64,000 nucleotides of DNA from Pseudovirgaria hyperparasitica (GCA_010093815.1 ML996571.1), one strand, 5' to 3'; numbered from the stretch's first letter, positions 47,738 through 61,240 are shown. Notes: a model not told the origin generated them from the letters alone. Translations and numbers: made by a program.

Positions 47738-49407
47738 ATGGACCGTATCATCGAAGAATTTAAGCGCGCTCAACATGACAGCTCTGGCTACGACTTAGCT
47801 GCGACGCTTAGCCCTATACCGCCTCTGGACGATGGCGGACGGTTATATGCATTCTCCAAAAGTACGAATAACTATGCAGTCGCAGGAGATATCCGCGATG
47901 CTCTCGGTCGTGGTCGCAATGCCACGTTCAGTAGCAGAGCAGAAACGGATGCCTGGGTAGATGTTTTTGTCGCCTATTGGAAAGCAGTTGGTGATATTTT
48001 GAACGCCGAGGAAGCGCAAAACCGGAGAAAGTTTATTGGAAACGAATGGACAACAGCCTATGACGCATGGAAAGATGTTGTGAATGCGCTCATCAAAGGA
48101 CATGCTGCTGGTCATTTCCCCGCGTGGACCATACCATGTCTGTATACTGGTGGAAGGTACTTACGAGTGTTCGCTATAAAGGCAGATAAACAGACGACCG
48201 ATACACAAGGAAAGGTGGCATTTACGGACGGTCTGGGAGACGACGTTGTTAGTTCGGCCAATAAGAACGAAAAACTGGAAGACACGGCAAGACAATTGAT
48301 GAGGATATTCTCCCTGTTTCTTGGAGACAGGTCGCCGATAGAGGACTCGCGAAAATGGGGCATTTATTACATCGCCAATCTTCTGTTCAAGACACACTTC
48401 AAGGTACAATCACCGTCAAGCATCGTCTTCATGTGGGACTAACAATTTCAGATCAATTCAATCAATCTTTCGAAAAATATATTGCGAACGCTCCACGCCC
48501 AATCGGATCTTCCAGCCCTAGAGCGGTTTCCCAAGGCGCACCAGACGACTTTCAAATACTATGCTGGGGTGATATTCTTCCTAGATGAGGACTATATCAA
48601 GGTAGGATACCATCCACTAAATGACGTAGAACAAACACTAAGGAATGCTTCGCAGGCAGAAAACTACCTCACGGATGCCCTAGTCCTGTGTCACAAGGAT
48701 GCCAAGAAGAACCGCGAGTTAATTCTCACTTATCTCATCCCTTGTCACCTTTTGACAACACACACCCTCCCGACCAGCGCCCTTCTGGGTCCCTATCCAC
48801 GCCTCGAAGCTCTATTTCAGCCCCTTGCGATGTGCATCAAGCGTGGCGATCTTGCTGGCTACGACGCCGCTCTGGCATCCGGCGAGGCGGAATTCGTCAA
48901 ACGGCGTATATATCTTACTCTTGAACGAGGTCGCGATATTGCATTGCGAAACCTGCTGCGGAAGGTGTACCTGAGTGCAGGCTACGAACCACCAAAGGAG
49001 GGTGACCCACCAGATGCCCCCAAAGTGCGCAAGTCGAGGATCGCACTGGTCGATTTCCACGCTGCGGTGAGGTTAAGCATGGGGAAGGACGGCGAGAGCC
49101 TTGATCAGGAGGAAGTGGAATGTCTGATGGCGAACATGATTTATAAGGTATGTGTACAGCACCTGGACAAACACCTTGCATGCCCGGCCCATATCTGGGC
49201 TCTTCCGAATGTCTTGGCATCTACGGCTGCCTACGTACCCATAGATGCCTAGCGTACACATGCATGCATTTCCACCAATAATCCCGATTCAAATCACACC
49301 AATGCTAACAGATATCCCAGAACCTCATGAAAGGCTATATCTCTCACGATCACGGCAAGGTTGTGTTGCAAAAGGGTGATAAAGCGTTCCCGGGGACCGG
49401 GGTATAG
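47738..49407 (+). CDS. CSN12: PCI-domain protein Csn12/PCID2-like, 4 exons
   Basis: [70 protein letters not shown]. Last exon 49321-49407. Confidence 0.87.
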
Positions 49408-51104
49408 AGAGACATACTCTATGCGATAGGCAATAGAATAGAAGAACAAAAGACAGAACAGAGACACGACTCATGAAGTACTGTTACGAGCCAATACAGT
49501 CATATCTTGTCATACACTGTGCTACACCCTTACACATACACCATCAACTCCCGCAGTACCAAAAGCACGTACAGGTTCACCAACAAAACCACACCGTTCG
49601 GATATCGCAATTCATATTGATATTCAATACTAACATCCATACAGAATATGCACCCTTTCCCAACCCTACACACACACGCATACATCTCGCCACGCCTTGA
49701 TCGTCCCCAGAAGCCTAGATCCCCACGACCTACACATCGTTCGGCCTTCTCCCGCGTAGTGCCCGTCCTTGCATATTGCTGACGGATAAGCCCGGCGCAG
49801 AAAACATGACTGGTCAGTATGCTGGGGATCAGCACGACGGGAGCCTGTATTGTGCTTATCCTGGCTTGTCCTTGTGGAGGTCGCCCTGCAGAGGTTCAAG
49901 GATGGTGTGCAGGGGTTGATAAGCTTTACAGTCCGGATGGGGAAATTTGTGAGTCACAAGTCTCGGTTGTATTTTGGGGGGTTGTGTGGATGGGGGATGC
50001 CTGTGCTGGGATGGATGCCTTGGGGGGACTCTGGTAGGGGGTGCGTTGCAACTGCATCGAGTAGATATAGGTTTCTTTAGGTATCTTCTGGGAGTACATA
50101 CTCATAGCATGGAGATACCTACGTAGCATATCATACATGTTATTGATAATCAATACGGCCTGAATGGAACATATGGCCGACTAAAACTTGATTCTAATAC
50201 TGATAATGCAAATCCGATTAATGTGTCGTGTGATGCTACAGAGATTTGGATCGGTAGTTTGCGTATGTCATGGTATTTATGAATAATGAAGTACTATAGA
50301 TCTGTTGCTTAAGAGCAATACAGTGCCCTTCAAGTTTGCAATTTTCCAAATCTGCTTGCTCCCCGTCGCTTCAAGTCATTCTGCTTGCGGCTCTTGCTCG
50401 CAATTCTTGAAGAATGTGATAACCCCCCTTCAAATTTCGTCTCTCAAATATGATTCTTCTTCGTGCAGCGTCGAGAACAGAGTTTCCATAGCTTAAGAGA
50501 ATTCGTAAAAATGCAAACAGACATGTAGTGTACAATGATGGCGCAGAAAGGAGGAAGGGGCATCTAGAAGCCGTTAGATGTTTTTATAAGGGTCGGTGGA
50601 AGCTGTGCCCACTGCTCCATTGAATGGCAGCAAAGTTCCCACTCTTGTCACTCGCATACCCGTTAGCAGATATACAGGCAGCGGATTTCTATTGTACAGA
50701 ATCCAAGAAGAAGACACGGGACGGCCTGCAAGAAGAGAATATGACATTAGAGCGCTCGCCGAAAGAGGTAGAAAAGAGATTGCAGGAGATACAAGATAGA
50801 AGAATACAGAACATGCCGAACGCCCTGGAAACGCCAGATATCGACGCGCACCAAATTCAGTATGGTTTTGCTGGGTTATGGATAAATATAGTACAAGAAG
50901 TGAAGCTTAGACGGCTGAGTGATGGTGAAGAAACAGTATGAAGGTGTTAGTGATAGCACCAACGCATAGTGGTGCAGGCAGTAGTGAGATAAGAGCTCAT
51001 GCTTTAGGCTGGACGAGACAAGCATGCGACGAGTGATAGAGGCATAACGGTGTTGCGTTATCGTCGTGCGTAGGCATCCGACGTAGTTGCCTGGAGTGGC
51101 GACA

Positions 51105-52072
51105 TCAACGCTTTGACGCAGCAAGGTCATCCTGCATGCCACGTCAGCAATATTCACTAGAAAAAGTCGACCGATCAAGTGTCGTTGAAACATACCATGT
51201 GATTGACCATTGCAACGAAGAGGTCAAAGAAGAGTTTTCCACCAGCTTCCATCTCAGACTGCATCGTACCGCTGCGCTTGAAGGTCTGGCGGCTACGAAC
51301 GATGAGGGCGAGGTAGTGGGCACGTAGCTTGGAGTCGCTGTCAGGGGTATTGGCATATGCGTAGCGGGCACTGGTGAGAATGGTACTGCATTGCACACCA
51401 GACTGAAGACCTTGTTTGCGGAGAGCAAGACGCTTCAGCTCCTCAAGGCCATACTTTTCGGCTGTGCACTGCCATGATTATCAGTATCGGTACGACGAGA
51501 CCAAGGAATACACATACATAGATGACAGTGTCCTTGAGTATAGGATAGGCTCCGTTGAGCATGACTACTGCTTCGTTGACAGCTTGACCTGCATGTCCAT
51601 CTTCTAAAGCCCAACTATGTCTCCGCTTGTCGAACTCTAGACGTGGATAGTAGTCACCTTTGTAAAGGTATTCGAGAACTGAGGAGAAGACTTCGGGTTC
51701 GTCGTCGGGCAAGTCGATACGTTTGGATGACGACTCAAAGAATTGACCACGACAGGCAGCCTGGAAGAATGGAGAGTGACAAAGCACATCTTCATGGGCA
51801 GCAAAGAGACGCTGTTCCCTGCCCACACAAAGCGTTATGATGGCACTAGTAAGATTGCTGCGATGAATCAGTCATGGAGTAACATAGATATTGGATGCAA
51901 AGACTTACGGAGTCACTGGTGCACTTCCAGTTGATTGACTTCTGGGCGACGAGTGCTCTGCACGTTTGGATCTTGACGACTCTCTGAAAGATCCCTTTTT
52001 GGACTTTGTAGCTTTCCCAACTCTGTTTTTCGAGAAGCTATCTGTTGGATACTTTGTCTTCGAAGTAAACAT
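51105..52072 (-). CDS. Conserved fungal BTB/POZ-domain protein, 4 exons
   Basis: IITLCVGREQRLFAAHEDVLCHSPFF...IDLPDDEPEVFSSVLEYLYKGDY, then Y|CTAEKYGLEELKRLA. Three GT-AG introns restore the frame. Confidence 0.88.
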
Positions 52073-53365
52073 TTTGATGGTATGAGGAGGTATCGGCAGA
52101 AGAGGTAGGAGGAGACGGTAGTAGTCACAGAAGCAGACCGATGAGGGAGGAGATTGCTGGCTTTATATGTTCTAAATCATTCGAAGGCAATGGACTTACG
52201 AAGACTTGGTGAATGCTGGATGAACCTTAGGCAGCAAGGGCTGAAGAGCGAGAGGTCAGCCATCCAAGTCTCAGATGATGAAGGGCAAGTTAAGGGAATA
52301 TATAGGGAGACCGCCGTCTCGGCCTGGGCTGCATGGGACGGAAAGTGAGGAAGTAGTGGGAGACGTGATTGGACGCGTCAGATACAACGCGGACTCAACA
52401 CGGTCTCATGTGACTCAGTGAAAGCCATTATCTGTCTGGTCTGGGATTAGCGTCGACCCAGTGCCCTTGCTCGTAGATACCGCGGAATCGGGACGACACT
52501 GAAAATGTCCGCGTCCTCTGCTGGGCTAAACCAAAAATGCTGGTACTTGCTTGGTTCAGGTGTCGCGCAAAGGTCCGAGTGTAAAAGGCAAAACCGGTGG
52601 TGACATGATGGCGCAGGGAATGTTTGGGTTGGGCTGGAGGCCTACGAGCGACCACATGCACGGCCACTGGCATTACGTTGCCCTTCACCGGCTCGATGTG
52701 TTGGCGATGGGAGATGTTACACGATTGTGATGCCTATAAGCTCGAGAACCATCTCATCGCATGGCTGTCGACGTCCAATTGAGTAAAGAGGCCCTCCGCA
52801 AGAAAGTTTCCCTGCCCTGTCCCATACCTGCGCGGCCTAGTACCGCCAAGAAAGAGGCGTTGCTAGCGCTCATCGGCTCCCTGTCTAGCTCAGGAACGTC
52901 TCCACTCCCACTCCACCACTAGGCTGGTATGAAATCCCACAACACCATCGACAGATACGACTGAACAACTACTATATAGTCTCGCCCAGCGACAAGCCTA
53001 TCTTTATCTGCTACAAGACGGAATCAGCTCACACAGTCGAGCTGAGGACGACATTGGATCACATGATTGAATACGAGAAACCGTAATCATGGATCAATAC
53101 ACTCTTGCTGGCGATCAACACCGGCATCAACATCAACGCAGTGAATCGTGGAAGATGAACCACAAAAGTGTATCTTGAATCGGATTAAGCAGAATACCTG
53201 TTCGCCAACAGTGCGGCTGGAGCCAGGACTATCGCGTGCTATTGGTTATGATAACACACTGCGCCGTGAATAAACACAAAACTCCTCTAGCATTATCCAG
53301 CAATACCGAAACTTGATTCCTGAAGAAGGAATATAGATATCATGGAGCTCGGTACGTTGAATTTT

Positions 53366-54723
53366 TTATGTCAAAAATAGGCATGCAACGAGTACCGCGG
53401 TATATCTATGTTGGTCAGCTTTGCACCGTAGAATATGGCGTACAAGACCTACGCAGCTGTTGCTGATAGCAGCTCCTGGCTTTTAAGACGTCTAGAGAAG
53501 CAGAATACCATGATGGGGAAGTATAGCACAAAACTTATCACCACGAAAAGTCGAGCCATTTTGGTGAGTTCCATGATATAGAGAATACTCACAGGCACAA
53601 GCAGCATTACTATCACCAGAAGCAGGAACAGCATCTTAAAAAATGTTGTAAAGCGCTCTTGAGAGAACAAGACTGTCCGATTATCTGCCTCTGAGGCTTT
53701 GGTCTGCTGGTCCTTGGTTCGAAAGATGTTCTACGCTTTGTCAGCGGACGGTCCAGCGAATTCGTCGAAGGCCAGTCAGCATACAGCTATCCTTTTGAAC
53801 GGACCACGGCGCAATAGCCAGCCAAAGAAGACGTGGATCACTGAATTTTGGTCGTCCACAAGAATTACGAAATCATCTCTGACGTTGAGATGTCCCGATT
53901 CACTCCGCACCATAGGTTTATTGTTCCAGCACCAATGAAGCAGAGTTCTATAATTTCGACCAGTGGGCTTGGCCATGGATAAAGACTTCTGCTCTCTTTC
54001 GAGGAGATTGTCTGCAAGGTATCAGTATTGCAGAGAGCTCGGATGCGGAGTTCGCTGGTCATGCGAGCAATTGCCTTACGTACCATATTCCTCCAGTTTT
54101 TGGGACAACGCACTCATTACTTGACTCATATCCGGATCATGTATGGTCATGAGTTTTCGAGGCCTCCCTCCCGTCTTCTCGGCTCTGTCGCTCTCTTCGC
54201 GCTCGATCACATCGATTGCCATCTCAAGCTCGGCGATCTCAGTCTGACACCGAAGAATGACTCGGTTCCTGGCTGTGCCGAATCGCCGATAGACGCAAAA
54301 GTTGTTGTCAGACGACATGTGTGCTGCCAATCGACCATACCCGATAGGATAGTCATCAACTTGCCTTTGTCAGCTCATAGGTCTGGACTGCATGAGAATA
54401 TCATCACCTCTCTCTGATCGGACATCTTTATAACGATCGTCCCACTCCCAGGGCCCCGGGAACAAGTCGTCTAATCCAAAGAACGAGAACACTCGCATGG
54501 CAATGGACGGTTTTGAGGTCCCAGTGCCTGCAAGAGTGCTCGTCCGACTGAAATTCGGATCCAGCTGGGTGACTTTCTCGCCAACACAACATTTCCCGGT
54601 CTCGTCACTGCTGTCGCCGCCTGTTATAAAAGTTTGAGGGGATGCAACCCTCATGGGTGATGTTATCATAGACTCCATCCGACAATTCATCTCGGACCTA
54701 TCATCACTTGAAATGTGGTTCAT
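53366..54723 (-). CDS. DUF6594-like membrane protein, copy A (5 exons)
   Basis: VDDYPIGYGRLAAHMSSDNNFCVYRRFGTARNRVIL, KLEEY|DNLL, RNYRTLLHWCWNNKPM...DDFV and ~3 C-terminal TM helices ending ELLSATAA|YTAVLV. Start codon uncertain. Confidence 0.8.
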
Positions 54724-55717
54724 ATGACAGTCGAAGACGATTGAATCCGGGCAATTCATATCTATTGGAGTTGAGAGATGCTAAAGCTAATAAATCGGCC
54801 GCCTGTCGAGCCAATGACTCAAATACTTACGAGATTCCCTTTAAAGCTCGCAAAAAGAATCCACGTGAGATCTCGTACCACAAGACTGTGGGACGAGCCA
54901 TACGATGCACCTCATGAATCTTGAAATGAAATTGCGCACGTTACTTGTCTTCATTGTCAGCGTGAGAAGGAAAGCTGCAGACAAACTTAGCTCAAGTCGC
55001 GTTCGGTGTAGCACAAGCTCAACATTGTTATTAGAATGGCATGAACCAAAGCTGCGCCGTGCCCAAGACAATTCGTTTCATATCCAAGCCTGCTTTTGTT
55101 CCGAGGATGAACTTCCATAGTTTTAGGTTTAGATGTTTGCTTTCGCAAAAGGCGGATGACGTGTGAGTGAAGCATGCATGTCATGTCACATTGGCCATCC
55201 GTCTATGACCGCGCATCTAGCGAAGCGAAGAAGGACCGTTAACGACGGCATAACACACTATCCCTTCTCTCGTGATTCTGTAGATTGAGAAGGTCTTTCA
55301 TACGTTGCCTGAAGGACGAATATCGTGATAGTTGTCATTTGTTCATCAGAGAGTCGCAGGGATCATGCATGCAGAAACTGACCCGCAGGCAAACATTTCA
55401 AATCACCCATGAACATGCATTGCATTCTTCTTTATTTGGTGGACTTCCAAACTGCGGCAACATACAGGTAGTGCGTCGAGGATTGCGTCGCTCTGGCCAT
55501 CGCTCAAATCTACTTCGCGTCTCTGTGTATCGACCCGGTCATCATGCTAGTCAATTCCGCAGGTTTTGACGTTACTCTTCACAGAACGCCGCAATGCAGA
55601 AAAAGGATTTTACATTCTTGTGAGCTCATCCATGGGACATGGGAGAGGTGATTGCTAGACTATGAAATAAATTGTCAGCACTACAACTGATACTTTCCTT
55701 GCTGCATCTAGCGCGGC

Positions 55718-57006
55718 CTACTTTGCCAGCGCGAGGAGCATGCAAAGAGCCGTGCAATAGCTATGGTAGAAGTCAGCGACTGATGCCCGAGTAGCTCTCT
55801 TGCTCAACCTACCAGGCGGTTCCTGTGATCAACGCCAGGTTGCTTGGTCTCGCAAACACTGATACCACCATAGCGAACCCAGCGGTGAACGTCAAGATGG
55901 TGGGTGTTCCAATCTGACCATAAATGCTTCCCTCGAGGAGTATCGAATGAGGTATCACGACCATGAACACTGTCGTGGCTACAATGATCACTCGAATAAG
56001 GGAGTCGACTCGACCTCGGTCAGCTAAAGTAACCGATGCTTCGCTTGTTGCCTGCTTTTGGTGTTTGTTCGTAAAGACGAGCTTAGTGCGATTAGTACGT
56101 GCTTCCTGGGAGTATATACTATCACTTACACGAGTCCAGCTTCTTGGTAGACTGAGAATGATCCCCTCGATGAAGACTCTCAGCGGAGAGTCCTGTGCTC
56201 GTCGTGAGAGAATGACGAAATCATCGGCACGACTGAAGAATTTTCCCTCTTCGCGCACAACAGGCTTGAGATTCCAGATCCAGTGGTAGAGACTAAGATA
56301 ATTCCTCCGCGATGGACTATCGAACTGTTCGATCTGTGCTTCGCGAAGCAGCAACTTATCTTAAATGGTTGTTAGAACAGCGCTCCAGAGATCTTAGACG
56401 AGACGCTAGAGGGCGTACCATATTCAGCGAGTTTGTCGCTCAGATCCTCGATCAACCAGTTCCTCTTCTTGAAGTCTTTTTCAGACTCTACAGAAACCTT
56501 ATCCTGGTATATTGTCTGCAAACGACGTGCAAAGCCATGCTTTTCGTTCGAGCAGTCCAGCTCATAAAGGGCTCTTTCAGCAGCTACCACCTGTTGCTGT
56601 CGGTGCAAGAGAACTCGATTACGTGCTGTGCCAAATTTACGATACACGAGAAAGTTATGATCAGAGTTTATATATGCTGCTAAACGTGGATAGCCATTGG
56701 GATAGGCATCAACTGTATCCTGCTATCAGTGATGTGATCATGGAAGTAAGTTGCTGCAGAATGCTTACTCTTCTCGTACTCGATCTCCTGCAGTCTAACA
56801 TCTGGCCAATCGAGTCCATACCCGAACGCTTGGACAAGCGATCGTAAGAACGGTTGAGTCGACCAGATTGGAGGCAGACCGACGGCAGATCCTTCCGATG
56901 GAGTAGACTTATCATCGAGGCTTTCTAGTGACGATTCAGTATTGCTTTCGCCCAAAGGGAAGGACGGCTAACTATCAGAGATATTATCATTCTTACTAGA
57001 TGCCAT
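55718..57006 (-). CDS. DUF6594-like membrane protein, copy B (6 exons)
   Basis: IDAYPNGYPRLAAYINSDHNFLVYRKFGTARNRVLL, KLAEY|DKLL, RNYLSLYHWIWNLKPV...DDFV and C-terminal TM helices. First exon uncertain. Confidence 0.8.
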
Positions 57007-58116
57007 CTTGTTGAAGCAGAAGGATACGGAGTGCTGTAGGGTGGTCTTCACAACTATGGTCCTTTAGGAAAGAACCCCAATGCTGTACAACAGGTGTTCA
57101 GCACTGTTTAGAGCAAAGTTAAAGTTATTCAGAATCATTCACGAGAGCTTCAGGCAGGTATATAAACGTTGTGCAAGAATGTGGCAACCGAGTCAAAGCA
57201 AGAAATCCGCTACATGTATGATGTCTAGTCAGGTTTCCAAATAGCATAGAATCTTGCAAGTCAAAGCACGGAATGAAGGATATCCGTTGTAGGAACCTGC
57301 TTTCAAGGTTCTTACCAGCCCCGATCTTCCGCGGGATACCTGATGGCGACACGAGCCTGTCGCTAGACCCAACAACGGTTATGCACGATGTACAGACTCA
57401 GTAACAGAGAATGCGATACTGGACCAATGCATACATTTGAATAATACAAGGCATCCACCCTATCGGAGGAGACTATGCATTAGTATCAGGAAATTGACAG
57501 CGTGCATTGGACCATCCTGGCAGTGCCACGTATGTGGGTCGCAACTCTCGAAATGGAAACAGCTCTCTCGCTCCAGTGCAATGTCAACTCCACGATGGTC
57601 ATTCGTATCTACACTGTGAATGTGGATTGACACTACTGTACAATGCTCCAGCTAGCGAAATCGTAGTCATGCAAATAGAGTCAGGGGAGAATCAGCCCAA
57701 AACCGGACTAATCTCCGTCTGTCGCAGAGCGCTCGGGAGCGTACACGTGACGTCCCACTATTAACTCCACGGGTGAATCGTGCATAAAGATGGACATTGT
57801 GGAATATAATAGGACCATCTTCCTCTCATGGAAGCACCACAGCACCAAAAACTGATTCACAACATTGCATGACTGGTAACAATGTCACAAAAAGGGACAT
57901 AGAATGACTATTCAAGGTAGTGACATACGGAGAACGTAGCTAAACATGGTATCTCGCTTCTCTAATCAGCTCTGGGACATGTCTAGGATTCGTCTTTGCC
58001 TATCTTGTAGTCTGATCTCTGTAATGCCGGTCACACAACCTCTCCAAGACTTTCGTTAGACCATTGGCTTATGCACTGCTCCGGCTTCTGGTCATGACCG
58101 AGCCGCTCAAGCTATC

Positions 58117-59139
58117 CTATCTTTTCAATCCAGCAACTGGCGCGTTGGACCCGGTGATCGCCTCTGTTCGTTGTTGTCCTCCACCGGAACGGATTTCAGG
58201 TATCGACATAAGAGCCTTCGGCGAGAGATCCAGAATAGGAATATGGTACATGCCCTGGCAATCCTCAGGGTCGAAACCAAGATACTGAAACTCAAAGTTA
58301 GAGGAAGCCGTGGCAATCAAAGAGTCGGTCCACTGTTTGAGGTCAGGAATCACGTATTAATCGCTTGAAGTATGGCTGTACCGGCGGTGCTGTGGAGCTT
58401 GGGCCTGTTCCGGATGGCTAATGTTTGGATTAGCTGGAGCTGGTGAAGTGAATTGGGAATACTTACAGGCTCTATTCTTGCGCTGATGTTCTGATTGGAG
58501 GTCATGTTTGTAGTTGAAGTTGAATATGAAGGGAAAGGTCTTCGATCGAGTCTCTGGTGAAAGTTTAGCTGTGTGGCCTGGAAGACTGTGAACATCGAAG
58601 ACTCGCAATCTTGCTGCGGATGCTTGACCTTTTATACGGTCGTCGCCATCACGGTTAAGAATCATTTACGAATTACACGGGCTCATGCTTCGATGTTTAC
58701 CTACTTAGACCTTCATGCGGCGTAGAAGTGCATTGATACCGGACGTATGGTCCACTCTAGTCACCTCACCTTATGAGATGCACTTTTCCAGACCGGTAGA
58801 CCGCTCTCACACATGCTCGGAAGGAGTTGTCTTATCGAGACCGCTTTCTAGCGATAGTCACAGTCCACGTGTAAATTGTGAATGTCTCGTCTGGTGAAGT
58901 TTCGAAATCGGACATTGCACAGGTGGGACTGACACCTGCTGTGCGCTTTCTAATTCTCTAGGTGCAGGAAAATTGCTCCAGTGGTCAAATGGGGATGACT
59001 TGGCATCTCTCCTTTTCATTAGATCCCGATGAAAAATTAGATTTTCAGACGCTGTAAGTACACCACGGGTCATGAGTGACTGAATAGCATCGTCTCTGGT
59101 ATTCATGCTATACGGACTGAGAGACAGCAATAACGTCAA
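58117..59139 (-). pseudogene. Probable decayed coding sequence of unknown family
   Basis: ORFs 58357-58665 and 58117-58353 are in the same frame, split by one TAA. ORF 58858-59139 continues protein-like through isolated TGA/TAA stops. Confidence 0.4.
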
Positions 59140-59934
59140 ATACAGCCCTATAGGATAACGTGGGCCTGGTTGGAAGTTTGCATACCGATAGCATCGATCA
59201 GTATACTAAGATGTCCATGAGCATGTTGATGCATCAAACTAGGCGGTTTCTCCTCTGTTGTGACCGCCGAACCGCTCTTGTACAACGGCCACGTTGTCAG
59301 CGTCTCAACAACTCCTAATGAAGAATTCTGTGGAATGACCTTCGAAGTCGTGGTATCATCTTACCACGTAGAGGAACCATTGACTACCTCAACACAGACG
59401 ACTTGAGCATTCAACCCTACCGATATTACCGCCTTAGATTGTGACTGCAGAAACGGTCCGTCCCATGACAGGAAAGATGGGTCTGTGATCCGCCTTGCTG
59501 CATCGTAGAGCTGTTAACTTTGCCTACATCAGACAATGTAGGTGGTACCATAACAACTATAGATACATCCAGTAATGATGAACATACCTAAGTTTTTAAG
59601 AAGCGGGAGCGTGCTCGGAGGGTGATAGTCGGGTATCACAAACTCTGTGACCGTCCAATTGCAGCCTGGCACAGACGGGCAGCCTTGCCAGTATTGTTCA
59701 CACGCATAGGCGCTTATTAGTTCGGTCACATAATAGCGAATGTGCTCTTTATCGGTGATGCTTGATACACCGCAATTTGGACGCGTGATGTTTGGGCAAG
59801 GATATCAACGGACGGGATAGTCGGATTCGACCAGTCCAAGACCTATCCATGGTAAGAAAAATCTACCGACTCGATCGAGCAAGTCATGTTCGCAGTAGAA
59901 TTTCCGAAAGAGACGCCCTCGCCTGATCCGAGTC

Positions 59935-60332
59935 ATGCCTACGGGTCTTCTGACTGACAGATCGAAAGACCGATGTGAGGACCTTGGACTTACCACGAAT
60001 CTAGCAAATTTTGGAGCACTCACGTCAACACTACGTGCCTCCAAGCGCTATCAAATCTCCAATCTGTTGGTACAGGATGGTGTGCCTCCTATCCCTCAGT
60101 GCTACACTAATGTCTACGAAGAGATCGAAACAATAGTTCGAGAGAACAAGAGTTACCGGACGATCTACAAGAGCAGATGCAGATGACTGTACAATTTGAC
60201 AATCGAATCCACGAATAACGATAGAGAGATAATAAAGGATGTAGTCACGGAGTAGACCAGCGCGGTCATTCGGGAACTCAACAAAAAGATCGCCAACCTT
60301 AGCAAGATGGAAGCGTGATTCGAAATCTCACA
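59935..60332 (+). pseudogene. Probable decayed coding sequence with coiled-coil-like segment
   Basis: The frame continues after TGA 60184 (LYNLTIESTNNDREIIKDVVTE), after TAG 60253 (TSAVIRELNKKIANLSKMEA) and to TGA 60316. Confidence 0.35.
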
Positions 60333-61240
60333 AGGGAATTGAGATATAAAATCCTTGAATGCTTCGACAGTAAGAGCATTGTACTATCGATCTCCCCTGG
60401 CAAGTCTTCCTCAATTTTCCGTACGCATTCTCAGACAGCTTGTGCAGTTTGGATGAACACTCAATGGATCTCTGATGCTTACTTCCACGCACAATGCTTT
60501 TCCTACCTTGTCTACTTTGTTCATAAAGACTTGTAATGCGCCTTTTTATATATTCCTGCAAGTAAGAGCTTGAACACGTATCCTGTGATGATGGAAGAAC
60601 ATTCCTCATGAAGTCGAAGAGCCTGAAGCCCTACCACCCGAGTACCGCAACTCCAGGGCCCTATGATGCTTACTTGTACCAGATGCAATCTTGAAGACTA
60701 GGCCCGTGGGCTGATGGTGGTTTCTGAGCTGCCGATCTTTCTACTGGGTACCTTATGGCTTCAATGACTGCAGACCAATAATTCGGGTCACTGGGGCACA
60801 AAGAGTCTTGGATGATGGCTGCATCAGAATCGTTCTAAACTCGTGCAGTTGGCACAGCCATACTCTTCATAGACCGGGCAAGTTTATCAGGATCCAGGAA
60901 TGAAATTGTCATCTGCATTTGTGTGTGGGCGTAAATTCCCGTCCAGCCCAAATAGCCTCCGGCTAACCATTTTGAGTTAGCCGTGGCTGCTGCACGTAAT
61001 CGTCGTCAATCCCAACGTATGCGAGCAAAGTCCATCTGATCAGCACTTCTTTGAGAAACTTTCTCTTTCATTCTTTACATACAGAAGTACGGACTGAGCG
61101 GCTAACTTCAAAGTTGACATTTGCCTCAGTTGATTAAGCAGCACCACTTACTTTGACTCGAGTCTCCCTGGTTGTCATTTGTGTCCTGGGACTATTGTCC
61201 TGGAACCATAGATCTCACACTTCACTACCATATCACTACA

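Noticed and set aside
48602..48655. Stop-free in-frame introns (CSN12 intron 2; a 48-nt intron in DUF6594 copy B) as alternative coding segments
   Set aside because: Short 3n stop-free introns occur often by chance, and there is no evidence of retention.
50624..50941. 105-aa ORF with an upstream TATA-like TTTATAAG
   Set aside because: It could be a small orphan, but there is no motif or other support, and it lies in the 3' region of the BTB gene.
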